Below, one piece after another: positions 7,983-16,992 of a stretch of 64,000 nt of DNA. Made by a program: the position numbers and the translations under genes. Where the stretch lies: assembly GCA_021817145.1 (NCBI GenBank), contig JAKAVV010000003.1:78764-142763 (forward strand). The letters are read 5' to 3'. The notes below the pieces were generated by a model. The model was not told where the DNA came from, did not search any database, and saw only the letters and a list, made by a program, of their open reading frames with translations. Origin of the DNA: a bacterium (lineage in GTDB: Bacteria; Vulcanimicrobiota; JABDET01). Within the stretch, counting starts at the first letter, position 1. Each line of letters opens with the position of its first letter.

Positions 7983-10811
7983 ATGCTTAGAATTCCGGTT
8001 TCGACTTATCGCCTCCAGTTTAATAAAAATTTTAAATTTTCAAATGCTGCGGATATTATTACTTATTTATCGGATTTAGGAATCACAGATTTATACTCTT
8101 CCCCTTTGTTTGAAGCAAAACCCGGCAGTATGCACGGCTATGATGTTATTAATCATGGGAATTTAAACCCCGAATGTGGTTCAGAATCGGATTTTAAAAA
8201 TTTAACTTCAATTTTAAAAAAGCATAATATGGGTTTGATTCTGGATCTGGTCCCTAATCACATGGCAGTTGATCATTCTGGGAATCGTTGGTGGAACACA
8301 ATTCTAGAGAATGGGCCAAGCTCCCCTTATTCCGATTTTTTTGATATTAACTGGGAGCCGCCTGTTCCTGATTTATTGAATAAAGTTCTTCTTCCATTTC
8401 TTGGGGATTCTTATGGTAAAATTTTAGAGGAGCAGGAGATCTCTCTTTTGTATGAAAATGGGGAGTTTTTTATCCAATGTTATTCCCTTAAGCTTCCGAT
8501 TGCTCCTAAAAGTTACCTTTCTATTTTGACCCCTGTTCTTGAAAAGATAAAATTGGATCGAAAGGAATCGGATCCTCTGCTTATGGAATTGGAGTCTATT
8601 TTAACAGCTCTTGGTTATTTGCCTGAACGTGTGGAACGTGAGGAAGAAAAGATTCGAGAACGGCAGCGCGAAAAAGAGGTAATAAAAAAAAGGATTTCCC
8701 TTTTGTATGAGCAAGATCCAATTTTTGCAGAGACTTTGAATGGGTATATTCGAAAAGTCAATGGAGAAAAAGGAGTTTCTGAATCTTTTAATGCCCTTGA
8801 AACCCTTCTGAATGAGCAGGCTTTTCGCTTATGTTATTGGGGAGTTGCCGCTGATGAGATTAATTATCGAAGATTTTTTGATATCAATTCTCTAGGAGCA
8901 ATACGAGTGGAAAAACCTGAAGTTTTTAATGCTGTCCATCAGTTGGCATTTGATCTGGCTGATCAAGGTGATGCAACTGGATTTCGGATCGATCACGTGG
9001 ATGGATTGTTTGATCCGGCCATTTATCTCCAAAATCTGCAAAAGGGGTCTCCTGGTTTTTCATCCTCCCTTTCTGATAAACTATTTTATGTGGTTGTAGA
9101 GAAAATTTTAACTGCCAGAGAAAAGCTAAATCAAAAATGGCCGATTTATGGAACAACGGGTTACGATTTTTTAAATTATTCCAATAAACTTTTTGTTAGT
9201 TTAGATGGGTTAGGAAGATTAACTCATTCATACCTGAATTTTACAGGTATTTATGGGAATTTTGCTTTCCATGCAGCGACCTCTAAAAAATTATTTCTGC
9301 TCACGCAGATGGCAAGCGAACTTTACATGCTCACCATCCGGCTGCATAAAATCGCTCGCCAAAATCGTTGGTCCAGAGATTTTACCCTTGAAAGTCTGCG
9401 TTTTGCTCTGCGCGAAGTGATGGCTTATTTTCCTGTTTACCGTACTTATAAAAACGAAAAGGATCCTTACACCCGAGAGGAAAAAATATACATAAAACAA
9501 GCGATTCATCAGGCTGTAGAGTCCAATCCAGCAGTCAGTCCAATAATTTTTAATTTTATCGAAAAGATTCTTCTTTTAGAACAGCCTTTTGGATCTCCAG
9601 AAAATCTGGAGCATCTGGATTTTGTCATGAGATTCCAGCAGCTGACAGGACCTGTGATGGCAAAAGGGCTAGAAGACACCGCATTTTATCGTTATTACCC
9701 CCTTCTTTCTTTGAATGAAGTGGGAGGTGATCCAGGGAAAATTGAGATAGCGCCTCTTGATTTTCATGATTGGAATCAGCACAAAGTGAAAGTATTTCCT
9801 CATTCCTTCAATGCGACTTCAACCCATGACACAAAAAGAAGCGAAGATTCACGAGCTCGATTAAATGTTCTATCTGAAATACCGGAAGAATGGAATGATA
9901 TCCTGGCTCGGTTCCACAGCTTAAATCTTCCTAAAAAATACTGGATTAATGGACAAGAGGTTCCCGATAAAAACGAAGAGTATCTTTTTTATCAGAGTCT
10001 TCTTTGTATCTGGCCATTTAATCCTCCTGACCATCGGACTCATCAAAACTTGATTGTCAGAGTTCAGGATTTTATGGTAAAAGCTCTGCGCGAAGCCAAA
10101 ATCCACACCAGTTGGATTAATCCCGATGAAAGTTATGAAGCAAACGTTAAGAACTATATTTCTCGCTGTTTAAAAAAATCTTCTCAAAATAACTTTTTAA
10201 CTTTGTTTCAAAAATTCACTAAAAAAATTGCGGAATCGGGATTTATTAATGCTTTGTCACAAGTCCTTCTCAAAATGACTGCTCCAGGGGTTCCCGATTT
10301 TTATCAGGGGACAGAGCTTTGGAATTTTTCTCTTGTGGATCCTGACAATCGCAGATCCATTGATTTCTCTAAGCGCAGGGAAGTTTTAGAAGAGATTAAA
10401 AAAATTGATTCCTTAAACTCAATAGATTTAGTCAAAAAATTGACGACTCATTTTGAAGATGGAAAAATTAAGATGTATTTGATTTATAAAACATTGAATT
10501 TTAGGAAATCTCATGTTGAACTTTTCCAAAAGGGGGATTATATTCCAATTAAGGCTATTGGACCAGCAAGAGATCATGTTTTTGCTTTCATGCGGACATA
10601 CAAAGAAAAACGGCTGATTGCTGCGGTTCCACGGTTTTTTACTCTTCTGGAGAAAAAGAAAAAGGCTGACCCTTTATGTTTAGAAAAAACTTCTTTAATC
10701 TTGCCCATAAAAGTTTCTTCACCCTGGACCCATCTTTATACAGGGAAAAAAGTTAAAAAACTTACTCTATCCACTCTTTTTCTCCATTTTCCAGTGAGTT
10801 TGTTATACTAA
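7983..10811 (+). CDS. treY: Malto-oligosyltrehalose synthase (GH13)
   Basis: The N-terminus STYRLQFNKNFKF..DLGITDLYSSPLFEAKPGSMHGYDV closely matches the TreY signature. 942 aa. Confidence 0.85.
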   Translation: MLRIPVSTYRLQFNKNFKFSNAADIITYLSDLGITDLYSSPLFEAKPGSMHGYDVINHGNLNPECGSESDFKNLTSILKKHNMGLILDLVPNHMAVDHSGNRWWNTILENGPSSPYSDFFDINWEPPVPDLLNKVLLPFLGDSYGKILEEQEISLLYENGEFFIQCYSLKLPIAPKSYLSILTPVLEKIKLDRKESDPLLMELESILTALGYLPERVEREEEKIRERQREKEVIKKRISLLYEQDPIFAETLNGYIRKVNGEKGVSESFNALETLLNEQAFRLCYWGVAADEINYRRFFDINSLGAIRVEKPEVFNAVHQLAFDLADQGDATGFRIDHVDGLFDPAIYLQNLQKGSPGFSSSLSDKLFYVVVEKILTAREKLNQKWPIYGTTGYDFLNYSNKLFVSLDGLGRLTHSYLNFTGIYGNFAFHAATSKKLFLLTQMASELYMLTIRLHKIARQNRWSRDFTLESLRFALREVMAYFPVYRTYKNEKDPYTREEKIYIKQAIHQAVESNPAVSPIIFNFIEKILLLEQPFGSPENLEHLDFVMRFQQLTGPVMAKGLEDTAFYRYYPLLSLNEVGGDPGKIEIAPLDFHDWNQHKVKVFPHSFNATSTHDTKRSEDSRARLNVLSEIPEEWNDILARFHSLNLPKKYWINGQEVPDKNEEYLFYQSLLCIWPFNPPDHRTHQNLIVRVQDFMVKALREAKIHTSWINPDESYEANVKNYISRCLKKSSQNNFLTLFQKFTKKIAESGFINALSQVLLKMTAPGVPDFYQGTELWNFSLVDPDNRRSIDFSKRREVLEEIKKIDSLNSIDLVKKLTTHFEDGKIKMYLIYKTLNFRKSHVELFQKGDYIPIKAIGPARDHVFAFMRTYKEKRLIAAVPRFFTLLEKKKKADPLCLEKTSLILPIKVSSPWTHLYTGKKVKKLTLSTLFLHFPVSLLY

Positions 10812-11884
10812 TGCAGCCAGGCATTTTTTTTCTAGAAGATGGAACCTGTTGGAAAGGGGAGCTTTTTGGAGCCTGTCAGGAAACATTGGGAGAAGCTGTT
10901 TTTAATACCGCGTTCACCGGATATGAAGAGATTCTTACAGATCCAAGTTACAAGGGGCAAATTGTTGTGATGGCTTTCCCTCATATTGGAAATTACGGCA
11001 TCACTCTTGAAGATAAAGAATCTTCTGAGTGTCATGTTCGCGGTTTTGTGGTGAAAGAAAAATCCTCTTATTTCTCTCATCGGAGAGGAAAAAGAACTCT
11101 GGAAGATTTTTTAAAAGAATCAGGTGTTACTGGTATTTCAGGAGTGGATACACGAGCTGTTGTCAAACATTTAAGGAATAGGGGAGCTCTGAGAAGCATT
11201 CTTTCTCCAGAAACAAACCTGGATATTCTTCTTCGAAAAGTTCAATCTTCCCACGGAATGGCAGGCTCTAGCTTTTTGGATGAAGTCTCAACTCGGGAAG
11301 TTTGCCATTATGAAAATACAGGACCCAGGATTATTTTGTACGATTTTGGTTTAAAACATTCGATTTTGAAAAGTTTGCTTCATCAAAAGTTTGAAGTATT
11401 TGTTGTTCCAGGGGAAACCCCTGCTCAAAAGGCTCTTTCTTTAAACCCTAAAGGATTTGTATTTTCAAATGGACCAGGGGATCCTGCTGTTCTCTTTGAT
11501 CAAATCGAAACAGTAAAAAAGCTGCTCAAAACAGAATTTCCGGCTCTTGGGATCTGCCTTGGGCATCAACTGCTTGGACTCGCTTTTGGAGGGAAAACAT
11601 ATAAATTGAAATTTGGGCATAGAGGTGTGAACCATCCCGTGAAAAATCTGCAGACAGGGGAAGTCAGCATAACTTCACATAATCATGGATTTGCGGTGGA
11701 TATGAAAACTCTTCCCATTTCATTGATTCCAGCTTATCAAAGCTTGTATGATGGGGTTTTAGAAGGGTTCTGTCATCGGGATTTTCCTTGTGCAGCGGTC
11801 CAGTTTCATCCTGAGGCAGCCCCTGGTCCTCATGATGAAAACAGATTTTTTCAAAAATTCATTGAATTTTTTCCTGAAATCTGA
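10811..11884 (+). CDS. carA: Carbamoyl-phosphate synthase small (glutaminase) subunit
   Basis: FFLEDGT N-terminus. GICLGHQLL catalytic Cys and FHPEA motifs. 357 aa. TAATG overlap with treY. Confidence 0.85.
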   Translation: MQPGIFFLEDGTCWKGELFGACQETLGEAVFNTAFTGYEEILTDPSYKGQIVVMAFPHIGNYGITLEDKESSECHVRGFVVKEKSSYFSHRRGKRTLEDFLKESGVTGISGVDTRAVVKHLRNRGALRSILSPETNLDILLRKVQSSHGMAGSSFLDEVSTREVCHYENTGPRIILYDFGLKHSILKSLLHQKFEVFVVPGETPAQKALSLNPKGFVFSNGPGDPAVLFDQIETVKKLLKTEFPALGICLGHQLLGLAFGGKTYKLKFGHRGVNHPVKNLQTGEVSITSHNHGFAVDMKTLPISLIPAYQSLYDGVLEGFCHRDFPCAAVQFHPEAAPGPHDENRFFQKFIEFFPEI

Positions 11885-11947
11885 TACAATGGATTTAATG
11901 TCGTAAAATGCGGCTCTGATAGAGCCTTAATACAAAAGGAGGTTGTC

Positions 11948-12436
11948 ATGCTGGGAAAGAGAAGAGAATCGGTGCCAGTGGAGACAGCAAGTGTAAAACA
12001 GGAGGTGCCAAAAACAATGTCAGACCAGATATCAACGGTATTAAGCGCTGATACCCATTTTAAAGGAACCCTTTCCTTTGAAAAGTCTTTAAAAATTGAA
12101 GGGGGATTTGATGGCGAAATTAATACCACAGGTTCCCTTTATATTGGGAAAGAAGCAAAAGTAAAAGCTGAAATTAAAGTCGGCGCAGTGTATGTTGATG
12201 GTTCTATTACAGGGAATGTGACAGCTCAAGAAAAAGTGGAACTGAGAAGCTCGTCGCGCTTAATAGGGGATATCAAAGCTTCCAAGCTGGTGGTTGAAGA
12301 GGGAGCAGCTCTGGCAGGCCACTGTGAAATAGGGATTAAATCGACTGCTGAAAAAGAAAGCTCTTCCTTAAAAGGAGGGGGTAATGTTTCGGTGAAAAAT
12401 CCGCCTGTTGAGGCTGGTATAGGTCTCAAATTTTAA
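11948..12436 (+). CDS. Bactofilin (DUF583) cytoskeletal protein
   Basis: Beta-helical repeats: IKVGAVYVDGSITGNVTAQEKVELRSSSRLIGDIKASKLVVEEGAALAG. Confidence 0.75.
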   Translation: MLGKRRESVPVETASVKQEVPKTMSDQISTVLSADTHFKGTLSFEKSLKIEGGFDGEINTTGSLYIGKEAKVKAEIKVGAVYVDGSITGNVTAQEKVELRSSSRLIGDIKASKLVVEEGAALAGHCEIGIKSTAEKESSSLKGGGNVSVKNPPVEAGIGLKF

Positions 12437-12444
12437 AATTTTGA

Positions 12445-12849
12445 ATGGAGGAGTTCCCTTTTTCTCCTCATATTGAATGTCCTTTTTGCAGGGAAGAAAT
12501 CGTTCGTCCTGTAAAAGCGATTACTACGACCTGTCCAAATTGCGGTAAAACTATTTCACTGGACAACCGTATTTTTAACCAAAAGTATGTTTTTTCAGGA
12601 GAAATTGTGACAAGAGGCAATATTTCTGTTGGGGAAAAGGGATTTGTAAAAGGGAATCTTTCAGCAGCAGAGATTGTGATTGAAGGAACTGTGGAAGGAA
12701 ATGTGAAAGCTGTTGAACGGATTCAATTGGGTCATTCCAGCCATTTAACAGGAAATGCGGAAACCGAAAGATTGATTGTTTTGGAAGGAGCCACTCTACT
12801 AGGAGATGTGAAAATAGGATTGAGAAGTAGAAGAAAAGAGAATGTTTAA
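12445..12849 (+). CDS. Bactofilin with N-terminal C4 zinc-ribbon (CPFC..CPNC)
   Basis: CPFCREEI..CPNCGK is followed by the bactofilin repeats GNLSAAEIVIEGTVEGNVKAVERIQLGHSSHLTGNAETERLIVLEGATLLGDVKIG. Confidence 0.7.
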   Translation: MEEFPFSPHIECPFCREEIVRPVKAITTTCPNCGKTISLDNRIFNQKYVFSGEIVTRGNISVGEKGFVKGNLSAAEIVIEGTVEGNVKAVERIQLGHSSHLTGNAETERLIVLEGATLLGDVKIGLRSRRKENV

Positions 12850-12864
12850 TAAAAGGGGGACTTA

Positions 12865-15258
12865 ATGCCTGTTTTAAAAAAAGAGTTTTCAGCCACTGGG
12901 GGACCTGGAATCCCGCCTCGCTGGACACGAAGCGCAAAACAAGGGATTGGCACCTCTTATTTTGCTGGAAGCAAAGTTTGGTTTACGATTTCATCAGGAA
13001 TGATCAATGAAGTTTACTATCCAACCATTGATCATCCGCAAATTCGAGATCTGCAGTTTTTATTTACAGATGGGAAGAGTTTTTTCGCTGATGAACGGCA
13101 TTTAACCCATACAAAAATCGAATATTTGCAGGATCGTGTTTTAGGAATAAACTTGGTTAATTCCGATCCCAAAGGGAATTATCAGATTGAAAAAGAGGTG
13201 ATTGTCAATCCTCATCAATCCGTTCTCCTGATCCATGTAAAATTATCTGGGAATTTGAATTTTTTAAAAACGCTTCGTGTTTTTTCTCTTTTAGCCCCTC
13301 ATCTGGATATTGGAGGTTGGGGGAATAATGGGTATGTTTGTGAAGTTTCAGGGAAAGAGATTCTGGTGGCAAATAAGGGAATCACCTGGTTAGCATTTGG
13401 AGGTACTGTTCCTTTTTTAAAGAGATCTTGCGGCTATGTGGGGACAACAGATGGCTGGCAGGATTTAAAAAGAAATTTTGAAATGGACTGGACTTTTGAC
13501 TGCGCGGAAAATGGAAATATTGCTTTAACTGGGGAGCTGGATCTTTCTAAAACAAAAGAGTTTACTCTTGCTTTAGCATTTGGACATAATTTAGAGGCTG
13601 CTGTTACTCAATTATATCAGTCCCTTGGGGTTCCTTATAAAGAACATAGAGAACGATTTATTGAGCAGTGGGTGAGGGCGGCCCATAATTTGCTGCCTCT
13701 GGGAAAAGTTTCTTCAGATGGTGGTAAATTATACTGCGCCAGTCACAGTTTACTCCTTGCCCATGAAGATAAAACTTACCCTGGAGCCATGATTGCTTCT
13801 TTAAGCATTCCTTGGGGAGAAGCAAAAGGGGATGAAGATTTAGGGGGATATCATCTAGTTTGGACAAGAGATATGGTGAACAGCGCTTCAGCCCTTTTAG
13901 CTTCTGGAAATCTCTCGACCCCGCTCAGAGCTTTAATTTATTTAGCTTGCACTCAAGAATCAGATGGTGGATTTTATCAGAATTTTTGGATTAATGGCGA
14001 GCCTTACTGGAAAGGGGTTCAATTGGATGAATCTGCTTTCCCCATTATGCTGGCATGGAAATTGAAACAAGCGGATGGTCTGGAGGATTTTGATCCTTAT
14101 CATATCATTTTAAAAGCGGCTCGATATTTAATTGCAAAAGGACCCTGTACCCCCCAAGAAAGATGGGAGGAAAACAGCGGATATTCTCCTTCCACCCTTG
14201 CAGCGAATATTGCTGCATTAATTTGCGCTTCTGAGTTTGCTCGTGTAAAAGGGGATTTAAAAGCCGCTCAATTCATTCAAGAATATGCTGATTTTTTAGA
14301 ATGTCATATTGAAGATTGGACTGTGACAACACAGGGGACTCTTGTTCCAGGTATTTCCAGACATTATATTCGTATTCTTCCCGTGGATCCTGTGAATCCA
14401 AAACCCTTAGAGGATCCAAATCAAGGGATTGTGCCAATTCGCAATCGTCCTCCTGGAGAACAATGGGAGTTCCCAGCTAAAGAGATTGTGGATCCAGGAT
14501 TTTTAGAATTGGTTCGCTATGGGATAAGGAAACCAGGGGATCCTTTAATTGAAGATTCCCTTAAAGTGATAGATGCTGTTTTAAAAGTAAAGACTCCTTT
14601 TGGTCCCTGCTGGCACCGCTATAATCATGATGGATATGGACAGAAAGATGATGGCGGTCCTTATACAGGAACAGGAAAAGGGCGCGCATGGCCTCTTCTA
14701 ACAGGAGAAAGAGGGCATTATGAATTTGCCTGCGGGAGAGATGTCAGCCCTTATATTAAAGCGTTAGAAGGATTTTCAATTGCAACAGGACTTCTCCCTG
14801 AACAGATTTGGGATGAAAAAGATCGACCTGAAAGAAAGTTATTTCTTGGCAGGCCTACCGGTTCTGCCATGCCCTTAATGTGGGCTCATGCCGAATACAT
14901 TAAACTTTTAAGATCGGTTCAGGATCATCAAGTATATGATTTTATCCCTCTGGTTGCTGAACGATACTGGAAAAATAGAAAATCTGTTTCTTTAGAAGTA
15001 TGGAAATTCAACCGTCAGCCGAACTCGGTTAAAAAAGGAAGAGCGCTCCGCATTCAAGCAGAAGCCTCTTTTATTCTGCACTGGTCAAAAGATGGCTGGA
15101 ATACCAGTTATGATTCACAATCTATTTCGACTTCTCTTGGGATTGATTATGTTGATCTGCCTATTGGAACAGATCAAAAGGCTCCGATTATGTTTACATT
15201 TTTCTGGGTGCAGTCCAAGCATTGGGAAGGGGAAAATTTTAAAGTGGATGTTTTTTAA
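12865..15258 (+). CDS. GH15-family glucoamylase / glucodextranase / trehalase-like enzyme
   Basis: GYHLVWTRDMVNSA is a GH15 catalytic-domain signature. The N-terminal beta-sandwich domain is typical of bacterial and archaeal GH15. 797 aa. Confidence 0.75.
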   Translation: MPVLKKEFSATGGPGIPPRWTRSAKQGIGTSYFAGSKVWFTISSGMINEVYYPTIDHPQIRDLQFLFTDGKSFFADERHLTHTKIEYLQDRVLGINLVNSDPKGNYQIEKEVIVNPHQSVLLIHVKLSGNLNFLKTLRVFSLLAPHLDIGGWGNNGYVCEVSGKEILVANKGITWLAFGGTVPFLKRSCGYVGTTDGWQDLKRNFEMDWTFDCAENGNIALTGELDLSKTKEFTLALAFGHNLEAAVTQLYQSLGVPYKEHRERFIEQWVRAAHNLLPLGKVSSDGGKLYCASHSLLLAHEDKTYPGAMIASLSIPWGEAKGDEDLGGYHLVWTRDMVNSASALLASGNLSTPLRALIYLACTQESDGGFYQNFWINGEPYWKGVQLDESAFPIMLAWKLKQADGLEDFDPYHIILKAARYLIAKGPCTPQERWEENSGYSPSTLAANIAALICASEFARVKGDLKAAQFIQEYADFLECHIEDWTVTTQGTLVPGISRHYIRILPVDPVNPKPLEDPNQGIVPIRNRPPGEQWEFPAKEIVDPGFLELVRYGIRKPGDPLIEDSLKVIDAVLKVKTPFGPCWHRYNHDGYGQKDDGGPYTGTGKGRAWPLLTGERGHYEFACGRDVSPYIKALEGFSIATGLLPEQIWDEKDRPERKLFLGRPTGSAMPLMWAHAEYIKLLRSVQDHQVYDFIPLVAERYWKNRKSVSLEVWKFNRQPNSVKKGRALRIQAEASFILHWSKDGWNTSYDSQSISTSLGIDYVDLPIGTDQKAPIMFTFFWVQSKHWEGENFKVDVF

Positions 15259-15262
15259 ATAA

Positions 15263-16957
15263 ATGGCTGCCTCCAGAGAAATTTTGTTTTCATCCGATTC
15301 ATTGGAAGATCGAGCCGCTCTTCTCGAAAATGGAAAAATCGTGGAGATTTTTCTTGCTCGTGGAGAAAGGATGGTCGGAAATATTTATAAAGGAAAGATT
15401 GTGAATGTTCTTCCTGGAATGCAGGCGGCTTTTGTGGATATAGGGATTGAAAAAAACGCTTTTTTGTGTCTGGATGACGCTCTCCCCGGTCATTTACACG
15501 AAGAGATTTATGAGAGTGGAAAAAAGAAAAAACCAAAGACCTTGATCCAGAATATTCTTAAACAGGGACAGGAAACTCTGGTTCAGGTTGTTAAAGAGCC
15601 AATTGCTTCAAAAGGGGGAAGAGTAACAACCCATATCACTCTTCCAGGGAAATATTTGATCTTGCTCCCGGTTTCCAATTATATCGGAATTTCTAGAAAA
15701 ATAGAGTCTCATTCAGAAAGAGAAAGATTAAAAAATTTAAGCGCTAAATTAAAACCTGAAAATATGGGGGTTATTATCAGAACAGCCGCAGAATCGAAAG
15801 ATGAAAAAGTTTTAAAACAAGATATTGATTTTCTGCTTGATTTATGGAAAGAGATTTCAAAGCAGTCAAAGAAAATAAAAGCCCCGAGCTTGATTCATCA
15901 GGATTCAGAACTAGTGGATCGAGCGATGCGAGATTTATTCGCAGAAGATGTTCATAAAGTCATGGTTGATTCAAAACCTGTTTTTGAGAAAACATTGGAA
16001 TTTGCGAAAAGGATTAACCCGAAATTAGCATCTAGAGTTTATTACTATGAAGGTGAAAAACCGCTTTTTGAACAGTATGGAGTGGAAGCTGAAATTGAAA
16101 AGTTATTGAAGAAAAAAGTCTGGCTTCCATCAGGAGGGTATCTGATTATAGACACTCTTGAAGCTTTAACTGTGATTGATGTGAATACAGGAAAATATGT
16201 TGGATCTCATTCTTTTGAAAAGACGGTTTTAGAAACAAATTTGGAAGCAGCTGTTGAAATTTCACGTCAGATACGACTGCGCGATTTGTCGGGGATTATT
16301 ATCGTGGATTTTATTGACATGGAGAAAAAAGAGAATAAAGATAAGCTTCTGTCAACACTGGAGGAACATTTAAAAGCGGATCGGATAAGAACAACAATCC
16401 TTGGAATAACAGCTTTAGGACTGGTTGAAATGACTCGGAAGCGTTCAGCTAAAAATCTAGACAGGCTTTTAAGAGAAGGGTGTTTTTACTGTTCAGGCAG
16501 CGGGAGGGTTTTAACCCCTGAAACAACGGCGATTAAACTCGAAAGGGAGCTTCTGCGAAATTTTCGTTTTGAAAAAAGCGAGTCTGTCTTGATCACTGCT
16601 CATCCCCAAGTTTCTTTGACTTTAGCGGGAATGGAAGGGAATAGGATTGAGGACTTGCAGCAGAAAATCGGAAAAACTATCTTTATCAATGCGAATCCTT
16701 TATTTCATATCGAGAAATTTTCTATCCGCTGGGACTCCTGCGCAGAGATACAATCCACGCTTAAATCTTTCAGGGTAGGGGAGGAGATAGAAGTTGAAGT
16801 ACAAGAACCACATCCTCTCTGCTTCCAGAATGGGCTCTCTTTTTTTAATGGTGTTGTTCTGGAAATTCTAAATGCCGGGAATTTAATCGGAGAAAAGGTT
16901 AAAGTCCGTGTTAAAAAGCCGATCTCTTCTTATATTGTGTCTGAAATGCTCCATTAA
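15263..16957 (+). CDS. rng: Ribonuclease G/E family endoribonuclease
   Basis: N-terminal S1 domain GNIYKGKIVNVLPGMQAAFVDIG plus the RNase E/G catalytic core. 564 aa, with no long C-terminal scaffold. Confidence 0.8.
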   Translation: MAASREILFSSDSLEDRAALLENGKIVEIFLARGERMVGNIYKGKIVNVLPGMQAAFVDIGIEKNAFLCLDDALPGHLHEEIYESGKKKKPKTLIQNILKQGQETLVQVVKEPIASKGGRVTTHITLPGKYLILLPVSNYIGISRKIESHSERERLKNLSAKLKPENMGVIIRTAAESKDEKVLKQDIDFLLDLWKEISKQSKKIKAPSLIHQDSELVDRAMRDLFAEDVHKVMVDSKPVFEKTLEFAKRINPKLASRVYYYEGEKPLFEQYGVEAEIEKLLKKKVWLPSGGYLIIDTLEALTVIDVNTGKYVGSHSFEKTVLETNLEAAVEISRQIRLRDLSGIIIVDFIDMEKKENKDKLLSTLEEHLKADRIRTTILGITALGLVEMTRKRSAKNLDRLLREGCFYCSGSGRVLTPETTAIKLERELLRNFRFEKSESVLITAHPQVSLTLAGMEGNRIEDLQQKIGKTIFINANPLFHIEKFSIRWDSCAEIQSTLKSFRVGEEIEVEVQEPHPLCFQNGLSFFNGVVLEILNAGNLIGEKVKVRVKKPISSYIVSEMLH

Positions 16958-16992
16958 GGGGGAAAGTCATGAAAAAAATTAAGGTATGGAGA

